A stretch of DNA of 64,000 nucleotides from Schmidtea polychroa. Taxonomy: Eukaryota. The stretch is taken from the NCBI GenBank assembly GCA_044892525.1, contig CM097885.1, positions 40,054,001 through 40,118,000 of the forward strand, written 5' to 3'. Made by a program: the position numbers and the translations under genes. Below are positions 54,766 through 64,000 of this stretch, in pieces. Positions within the stretch are counted from its first letter, which is position 1; the number at the start of each line of letters is the position of its first letter. Below the pieces are notes generated by a model. The model was not told where the DNA came from. It saw only the letters and a list, made by a program, of their open reading frames with translations, and ran no database searches.

Positions 54766-54817
54766 ATTTAAAGCACTTGAAGAGATTATGCAGAAAGAAG
54801 GAATGAATGAAAACGAG
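54766..54817 (+). CDS. STK38: NDR-family kinase, exon 2
   Basis: Follows a 55-bp GT-AG intron; FKALEEIMQKEGMNENE in the correct phase. Confidence 0.88.
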
Positions 54818-56158
54818 GTTAGTTGATTTTGTTTTGAACTCTTTATTATCTTGTCAATTTTTATTTGTCTATTATTAATATTTTCAGTATATTATTTATA
54901 ATATTGTCGTTTTATAATATTTATACTCCATTGAGTCACGTCTTTGGTAATTGAAGATATTGAAACATTAAAATTAAATTTTAATTGAATTGTTTAAGAA
55001 TCATAATTTCAATTGAATTGAAAAGTTTTGACTATCAAATTGAGGTAAGACAAAAGGACAAAAGCTTGTAGAATTGTCCATAAATTAAGAAAATAAATTT
55101 TAACGGAAAACGACTAAAAGAAATAAAATTAGCCTCTAGATTATCTGGTACAAATTATACGCTATTAAAAACTTTACTAGTACATACTGGACACAGAATA
55201 GCCTCGATTTTATCCACTATTAATATAACAACTTTGCAAATAATTTAGATTTGTTTTTATTTTATTAAATTTTTTAAATATTATTACGATTATTGAAACT
55301 TTCATAACCTGCAATAATTTTTTCGCGATTCTTGAGAAAGTTGCGACCAAGGTTTTAGACATCACTCCTTCATCAATTTCCTAAGGTGGTCAGACAACTA
55401 TGCACAAACTTATTATTATAATCTAATTATTATAAATGTATGCAATTTTAGTGTCAACAGGAGTTGTTTTGATCATGATACTCTACATATTGGCGCTCAG
55501 ATAAATCTGAAGGTCAATATAAAACTATTTATTGTAAATCCATATTTTAATTCTTTCGTACGAAGCTGTCTTATGCGCGCTTGCCATGTAACCATTTCCT
55601 AATCATCTTTACTGTGATTGTTTGACTAACGTGGTTTCATGACATTTATAAATAATACTTCGCAATTAATTATTATCACGTGTGTTACGTAATTGGTTAA
55701 TTGTAATAACTATTAACATTTTAATTTTATTAAACAGTTTTATTTAATCATTTTCTGTTTTCTCTGAATAAACTAAGCTCGCTGCATTTTATTGTTTCAA
55801 TTTAAATTAATCATAAATTAAAGGGTTATTTTCTTGGAAGCAATTTTATTATACATTTTTGACTGATATTCTTTATTTGGAATTTTTACATTACATTAAT
55901 TATTTCAGATCAAGTGATTTATGTAGAATTATTGATAGTTTATTAATGCTAAATGAACATATATGCTATATTACCTTTAATTATGAGAATATGATTGATT
56001 ATAGAATAACATAATATTTTAATCGTGAAATTTCGTATTAATTATTTCTAAAAACTTTCAAAAGGATTTAACATTTGAACCCTTCACCAAAAATATCATT
56101 GAACAAGTTCGCCACAACTCTCCGCAGGCAGTAAGGATATTTATTTAATATAATAGTT

Positions 56159-56766
56159 GGTAGAACCCGAGTTTTGGGGAGGGCCAAAAATAATTGACAA
56201 TTGTATTTTATTTAATGAAATATAACGAATATCTTTCCTATTCAGTTTTTGCCGAAAATAATATTTCCAAAATAATGCTATTTAAATGTTTTTGTAGCAT
56301 TTCAAATCTATTAACCGATGTTATTTTTGATTTGATTGTTCTACAGAACCGCTCAATATGTTTAGTATGAATGGTGTTATCATCAAAATCGACAAAAGCA
56401 TTACGATTATGGATATAGTTGAGGCCTGATAAGCCGTTATACCCACACCATCCATCAGTCATAATCGAATTTCCTTCTAACACGTTATTCATTATAAAAT
56501 CATGGCAAGTTTCTCTCGTACGATTACTTACTAAACAACACCGAATATTTTTAGTTCTTCTACAAAAATCCCCAATTATCCAGTATTTTTCTCCTGCGCG
56601 AATAATGTCTTTTGAATCTCGGCGAGAAATCAGATGACTTTCATCTATTTTAACCATCTTGCCTCAACCTCCTAATTTACCTAATAGCTCAGTAGGTATT
56701 TGTATAAATTTTTATAAATATTATACATAAAATATTATACGTAAATCCCAAAACTCGGTTCCTACC
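56159..56766 (-). mobile_element. Merlin (IS1016/ISXO2-like) DNA transposon, internally deleted
   Basis: TIR GGTAGAACCCGAGTTTTGGG / CCCAAAACTCGGTTCCTACC; perfect 8-bp TSD TAATAGTT; ORF 56238-56657 with VKIDES, MTDGW.GY and HTKHIER. Confidence 0.92.
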
Positions 56767-57093
56767 TAATAGTTAACATTAATGATGAATTAAAACATGG
56801 TGGGTCTCCATTATTTTTTAGTTTAACTAAATATACTTCATCATAAATTATGAAACAAATCAGTATTTTACTTTTTGAATTGAAACAAACCTATTTAAAA
56901 ATTATGCGGAAATATTTTATCAAAATTTTTACCAATGTATTGAAATTGTTTTTAAAATAATTAAATATTTTCTCCTATCTACGCCTCAGAATTGTTATCC
57001 AATAATGACTTCGTTTCCGGGAAACGTTTTAGTTGAAACAAATATATTTTCTTGATTATATTAAGAAATAATTAATCTGTCAGTATTTTTATG

Positions 57094-57734
57094 TTACGAT
57101 TTATAAAATTAAATTTAGTTTATATGATCTTTTGTGTTTTAAGTGAAACCCGCGAGTCGTTTTTTCTTAAGTACTTTGACGCATTTTTTTATCGACAGTA
57201 ATAATATATTCTAGAAACTAGATTTTCCTTTGTATCAAAAGAAATAAACATAAGGAAGTTCTTTGATTTTTGTTGCCAGAAAAGCATGCGGAATCCATTT
57301 CTCGATTTTATTCACTTTACTCATTGTTTGAAAGATACGAAAACCAACATTCCTCTTTCTATTTTTTTTATTAATTTCATTCAGTTCCTCATGGATCTTA
57401 CTTAATGATCTTTTACGATTTATAAAATTAAATTTAGTTTATATGATCTTTTGTGTTTTAAGTGAAACCCGCGAGTCGTTTTTTCTTAAGTACTTTGACG
57501 CATTTTTTTATCGACAGTAATAATATATTCTAGAAACTAGATTTTCCTTTGTATCAAAAGAAATAAACATAAGGAAGTTCTTTGATTTTTGTTGCCAGAA
57601 AAGCATGCGGAATCCATTTCTCGATTTTATTCACTTTACTCATTGTTTGAAAGATACGAAAAACAACATTCCTCTTTCTATTTTTTTTATTAATTTCATT
57701 CAGTTCCTCATGGATCTTACTTAATGATCTTTTA
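57094..57734. repeat. Tandem duplication, period 319 bp
   Basis: Two near-identical copies beginning TTACGATTTATAAAATTAAATTTAG. Confidence 0.92.
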
Positions 57735-60700
57735 AATTAATCATCTAGATTTGACTACTTCTTAGGACATCTTTTAGGTTCATATTCTCATTTTTCAACC
57801 TTAATATCATTCTCTAGACCTTCCTTACATTTATGTTTTATGTTATTGTTCCGTTGCCTTTTTTTATATTCTAAAATCATGTAAATAAATAAGTATTCGT
57901 AAATATGCTGAGAATACTTTAACTTCTCATTAAATAAAGAAAAAATATATATTTTAATTATAGCATTTTCAAATATAATGTGATTCACATAAATCAGGAA
58001 TTTTTCATTAATTGAAGTCAGATTATTAACAAAATGTTTTATAATTTAATATAAATTGAGAACCAACTATTTTACTAATTTTAAGATAGATTTTATCTGT
58101 TATACATTGCGCAATTTTAATAAGTGTTTGAAAGAAATCCTCAATTGACCAAAACATTATTTTATTAGTGATGTATAATGGAGAATTAATAGTATTTGTT
58201 TTGCTGTATTCTTTTAGTCTAAAAGTAAATCGAATTTAAAACAATCTTCAATTTTTGTATGTTACCGATACATCAAAGGATTATTCCAGTATTTACTGTT
58301 GTTTATTTAAACGCCACGAATTTAGGAACAAAATATTTTGGTTAAATAAATTTTTTTACTAAATTCTGTCTTTTTATATTATGCTCGTTCTTTTTGTACT
58401 GACTTTGTAAATAACACTGGAAATAAATTAATGAAAAAAACGCAGTGCCAAAAGTTTGTGTTAAATAAAACAAACAATGGTCTATAGTCAAAAATTAAAT
58501 GATGATAAATGAAATTCAAAAGGAACAAAAACCGATCAAAGGTGAACAAAAATATAAATGATTTTAATGTGAAAAGGTTTTCTTTTTTTGTTATCAATTT
58601 GTTTTAGTTTTCAATATTTACAACTGATATTGAATTATTTGATTTCCGTCCAAAATAGTGAAGTAACACATGCAAGCACATTTATAAATACTTTGTTTAT
58701 ATTGAGTGTAACTAGTGGAATTCTCGGATGTCTTCACATTTTCGGGTACAACTTGTGAAGACATTGTTTTTCAAAATTTAAAAGACAATTTGTATAAACT
58801 TTGTTGTCTTGAGTTAGATTAAAACAAAATTAATTATAGAATTAAATCTCACTAAATTTAAATCATTTTTTACACAGGATAATGATTGTTTTGAAATTTT
58901 ATATAAAATTTTTCTATGCCAGCTAATTTTTTTATTAAAAAGGATGTAGTTATCATCCTGTAGATTGTTCTACTCTAAATAATTAAAGTTCCCGGTTGAT
59001 TTGTGTGCCAAATAAAATGTGACAATTGTGCAATAAATATAGTGTGTATTGCACTCTTGGAATTGAAAGTATTTATTATTTCCGTTAATGCTCTTTGGAA
59101 ATTAGATTTATTGAGTCGTGGATAAATAATGCATCAAAACATTATAATAATTAATTTTGAATTAATAAAATAATAACGAATACTAATACTAATTTTTTTG
59201 TATTAAACATAAATTTCTCGACGTTGAAAAGTGGAATAAAGTAGAATTTTTATATTTAAATGAAATTATATTATTACCTTCCCAAATCAGTGATTCATTT
59301 TATTTAAATTGTTGTGGGCATCTGTTATTTAAAATAAAAATTACAAACCTACTGTTTACTATTATAAAATTGATTTTATTCCATTCTATGAATATATATT
59401 GAAAAGGAGCAAAAATACTCCACTGGGTTAATGTCATAGAATTATTGAATTTTACATGACAACTATTTGATTAAGCTGCACGTAGGATTTAAAAAAATAC
59501 TCGAATAAAATCTTGAATAGATTATTGTTTTGATGAACGCATTGTTTGAAGAGTTAAAGCAGACCAAAATAATAATTAAGAGTAATGTTCGAAAATTTGT
59601 GTAGGATGATTTTGAAGACATCGTTTTTTGAATGGGTTGGTGAATCTGGTAGTTAGAAGGAAAGATTTACAATTTGTGCTGTCGTGTAAAACCTTTATCT
59701 AGATTATGTTAACAAATATATTTCGTTTTCTAAAATATATGACGGTTTAAAATAGACGTGAAATTATAAAATACTAAGTAATAACTTAGGCTTATATTAT
59801 GATCAATGCGATATTTTTTATATTTGTGTATTTCGTTTCTAATTTTGTCAATCAACTAGTTGTGATTTTTATTTTAATTAGTAATTATATTAATCATCGT
59901 GGAATATTTTGTCGTGTTGCACATTTCAGATATGATTGAACCACCATATAATATAATTCTTCAATATTGTTTCGAATCTTGTTATTAATTTATATTTCTT
60001 TTTGAATAACCATTTACTTTTCTATGAATTTCCGTTAAGTAATGAAGTTATTTTTTTCTGAATGAATACACATAAATATTTATGAAATACAGTGTTTATA
60101 ATTTGATTTTTATGAGTGTCATTTGTGTTTCTTTTTATTGAATAACAGAGTTCATTTAGTGTTACAAAGCTTAAGGAAATATTTTTAGTTTTATCTGCTC
60201 ATCTTCTTGCCATATGTGAGAATTTATTTTAGATTTCATTCAGTTTGATTTTTCTAAGCTTCTTTTTTATCATTAGCAGTGTCATTTTGATTTATTTTCA
60301 CAACAGGTAAACATTTCAATTTATGTGGGAATACTAGTTTAAAGACAATTAGTAAATATTTTTTTATTGAATTTTTTTCATAAATAGTTACTATAATATA
60401 TCATAATAACTGTATTATTGAATATTTAAAAATAATTAATTTTATGTGAAATCCTGTTACTGATTTAAATAATTTTAAATATTTTGAATTATAATAAAAA
60501 ATGTTGTCGTAAATTATTCTTGAAATGGCATATGCCTGAGGTACAGTAGATTACATAATTCATTTGTCATGTTAACGATTACAATTTCAAAAAAAACTTA
60601 TTCAAAAAGAATATTGTTAAAGAAACATGAGTGGCACACCTTTTCTGCATTACCCGAAAATTTTCTATATCTTTATTGTATATATTCAAAAGTTGGATTC

Positions 60701-62118
60701 ACAAAATTTTTTCAAGGAACAATAGCTAAAAAATAAGACACTATTATAATACAATTTCTAAATATTATTGTAAACTCTAGCACATAATTGATAAATAAAT
60801 GACAATCTAAACAAATTTTATTTTTATTAATAATTTTTTGTTGATATTTTATCTATTTTTATTATGACAGATGAAAGATTAATTTTTGATCTTTTGCCAT
60901 TATGGAAATAAATGAAATATCACTTTATTTTTTGACAATTTCTTAATTTATAATAACAAAGAAAATGTATCTAATATGTATTGTGAATCGTTAAACCCTT
61001 GAAAGTTATTAAAAATTATGGTGATATTATCAAGCAAAGTTGAGAAGCTAATATAGAACTTACCATGAATTTTCTTAAGTTAATTTCTGATTTATACTTT
61101 TTTGTTTATTCATTTGATTTTAATTAAAATCATAGCTGTTATTTCAATGAATCATTTAATCGTATTATTTATTTTAAGAATTTCAGTGATTAACAATTTA
61201 TCTACAAGATAGACTTTAATTTTTCCTAATATAAATTTGCATTAAATAAAAAACAAAATACAAATCCTTCATTTAGAAAATGGAAAAAATTAAATTATCA
61301 GAATTCCTGTTGTGAAATAAATTTAACATTCAATTTTATTGCTATTTTTTATATAAAACTTTTAGGCCTAATTTTTATATCATATTTGTACGATTTTTGA
61401 TGATAGTTCGATAATTTATTCTATTTATTTTTAAATATTTTTTACATGTTTTTATTAGATTTAGTTTTTTAATTTTTTTTTAAAAATACGATCTATTAAA
61501 ATTTACTAAATATTGATAAATTAAAATCCATCTCGAAAGTCAGTTGAATAATGTTAAATCACGGATTTATAATGTATTCTCTTTCTAGTTACGATGTCGA
61601 TCACTATTATTATTATTATTATTATTATTATATAGGTTAATTTAGGAATGAAATATCAATTTTATATACCGTTGAAAATACATACTTTTGAATTTCATTC
61701 CCACGCCTAATTAAAGTAATAGTGAAACAGAATTTCTCTTAAATATGTTTATGTTACCAGTTCACATTTCCCAATTAAACGAGAAATCTTTTATAAATTT
61801 GGTTTTTATCGTTATATTTGCCATTTATAACATTGAATTTTCTTTTTTTGCATTAGATGAATTAACGTAAATTTTCACCTGACTTTACGCTGCTCACTTT
61901 TAATTAATTTTCATCCATAAAGTCGATGAATTTTAAATTGATTTTTGCACAATTCAGTTCACTTTAATTCCTACTGAATAAGTAAAAATTTGTTTCAGGA
62001 AATTGACCAAATCGATTAAAATCATTGACTTTTATTTTCTATTATTATTATTGATTTTTACTATGGTCTTGCTTCGTTTAATAAATTATATTAAAAAAAT
62101 GATATTTTTATTTTCTAG

Positions 62119-62241
62119 AAAGAAGAAAAACGTGCCCAGCATGCTCAGAAAGAGAGTGAATATTTGAGGTTGAAACGGGCTCGATTAGTAGTCGATGATT
62201 TTGCTGCTCTCAGAGTGATTGGCAAAGGCGCATTTGGTGAA
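62119..62241 (+). CDS. STK38: NDR-family kinase, exon 3 (start of the kinase domain); no later exon recognised in the window
   Basis: TTTTCTAG acceptor; [43 protein letters not shown] donor at 62242; phase 0 matches exon 2. Confidence 0.92.
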
Positions 62242-63832
62242 GTAATTACTTCTTTCTTATATAGTTTATCAGATTATACATTTTTAATCAATCTAATTTC
62301 AATTATTATCGCAAATTTTATCAGTAGTTTTAGGCTTTATGTGATGAAAAAATTCAAATTATCCACAATTTGATTGATTAGGTAAATTTAAAAATCGATT
62401 TTAATGACAAAGTGCCAGAGAATTTATAGAAAAATGAAGTTAACATTTAATACTTTCAATACTGATTTTGATGGGGATGAAAAAATTTTTTTCGGTCGAT
62501 AGTTGAATTTCCTAAAGAATTTAGCAGAAAGTATGGGCAAATATAAATAAGAATAAATTTAAAATAATAAAAATGGAGTATTTCATTACTTTTCGACAAT
62601 AATGTAAAAGTAAAAATCATATAAAAGCACGATTTTTAACAATCAACTTCGACGGTATAGCGTAGCATAAATAGAAAATCCAAATATATTGTCCAGTAGG
62701 AAATGGTACATATCAGAGATAATGGGTATATTACCTTCATCGTCAACATGTTCTGGAGATTACATAAATCTATTCAAAGGATTTCCTTTGTTGAAATGAA
62801 AAGGAATCATGTGAACAGGATAATACATTGATTCACAATGCAAGAGTTGTATGAAAATACCACAAAAAATATATATCTGAATCAAATTAAATTGTGACTA
62901 TTTTTTATTTAAACTATATTTCATAAGATTAATTGCATTAAAAATATATTTTCGTAATATACTCATTGTGTGGCTCAGAAAGATTTTTATAATGTTCTAT
63001 TTATTTTCTTCATTTTCTAATGTTTATTGATAGATAAAGTCAAATTATTCACAAATTTGATTTTTCTGATCTACAAATATTTGAAAACAGCAAAGAAATG
63101 GCAAATATTCATATAATGGTGATCTTAATGATATATTTTATTATCTTACCTTATTAAAATATAATCATATAACTAATGGGTTAGAGAAATTAGGACTATA
63201 AATATACTTTCCCAAAGAATGCTGCTGGGACATTTGGTAAAAAATAATTCAAGAAAAATTTTTAAGGTTGAATACACATCTTAAATTGGTAACCAAATTT
63301 TTTTCGTTTAATTACAATAACGTCACTTTCCAACAATCGTCTCAAAGGAGTTGTATACGCTTGATTTTCTAAAATGCGTTCCATAACTTAATGTTATTAT
63401 TTACATTTATTTATACAATGTAAATAGTGTTTGGGGTGGTTCAGTTGAAAAATTCAAATAAGCTGTTAATGCATGACCCAGAAAATTAATCCAAGTCTAA
63501 CTGGAACTGATGAATTGGAACCGAAGAAGAAATTACAAACTGTTGTTAATGATTGTTTCAAGAAAATTTTCATTAAATTAGATTTTGTTAATAATTTACA
63601 CAAGGAAATACAAATGTTTAAATTAGTGGTTAAAGAACTGAAAATTTACAAAAATTATTTAATTGCTTACATTAACTGAAAGTGAATGAGTCTTCTCGAT
63701 AATTTCAACCGAAAAAGATCGCTATTAAGTGACTATTCCCTCAATGCACTATGTTTCTTAAAAAGTTATTTTATTAAATGTAAAATCTAAAAATTAAGTT
63801 TATATTCCTGCGCACAATAATGTAATAATTTG

Positions 63833-63833
<1 letters not shown>

Positions 63834-63897
<64 letters not shown>

Positions 63898-63904
63898 CAT
63901 ATAT
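63834..63904. repeat. (TA)n microsatellite
   Basis: Pure dinucleotide run. Confidence 0.95.
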
Positions 63905-64000
63905 AATTATAATCTTGTATATATTTTTTATAAAAAAATAATTATCTTTTAATGTTAGTGTTTATTATTTTCCTTTAATATTTTCCTGGGAAATCCCAGC

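Noticed and set aside
62242..62373. C-terminal part of ORF 62164-62373
   Set aside because: Read-through into the intron after the GT donor at 62242

Overview
Very AT-rich eukaryotic (animal) genomic DNA with many (TAA)n tracts and transposable elements. Composition, intron sizes and the one recognisable host gene are compatible with a flatworm such as a planarian, but that is inference. The host gene is the 5' part of an NDR/STK38-type kinase (three exons, 54553-62241). The dominant feature is a 14.7-kb Polinton/Maverick-like insertion (9236-23913) with AGTAGT termini and a 6-bp target-site duplication (TSD) ATAGAC. It has become a giant fold-back: ~3.9 kb carrying most of a protein-primed DNA polymerase (pPolB) and a RING gene occur twice in inverted orientation, and no integrase, capsid, ATPase or adenain-like protease gene is visible. 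One arm holds a young 3.7-kb Gypsy-type LTR retrotransposon with 97-bp LTRs, a canonical-looking -1 frameshift signal and an unusual primer-binding site that looks complementary to the 5' end of a tRNA (Phe-like). A separate TGT...ACA integrase-type DNA transposon (26703-28011) has an unexpected 15-bp TSD. The rest contains hAT, Merlin, Tc1/mariner, piggyBac-like, Helitron and Gypsy remnants, microsatellite-linked fold-backs and short tandem duplications. All alignments and counts were made by eye.
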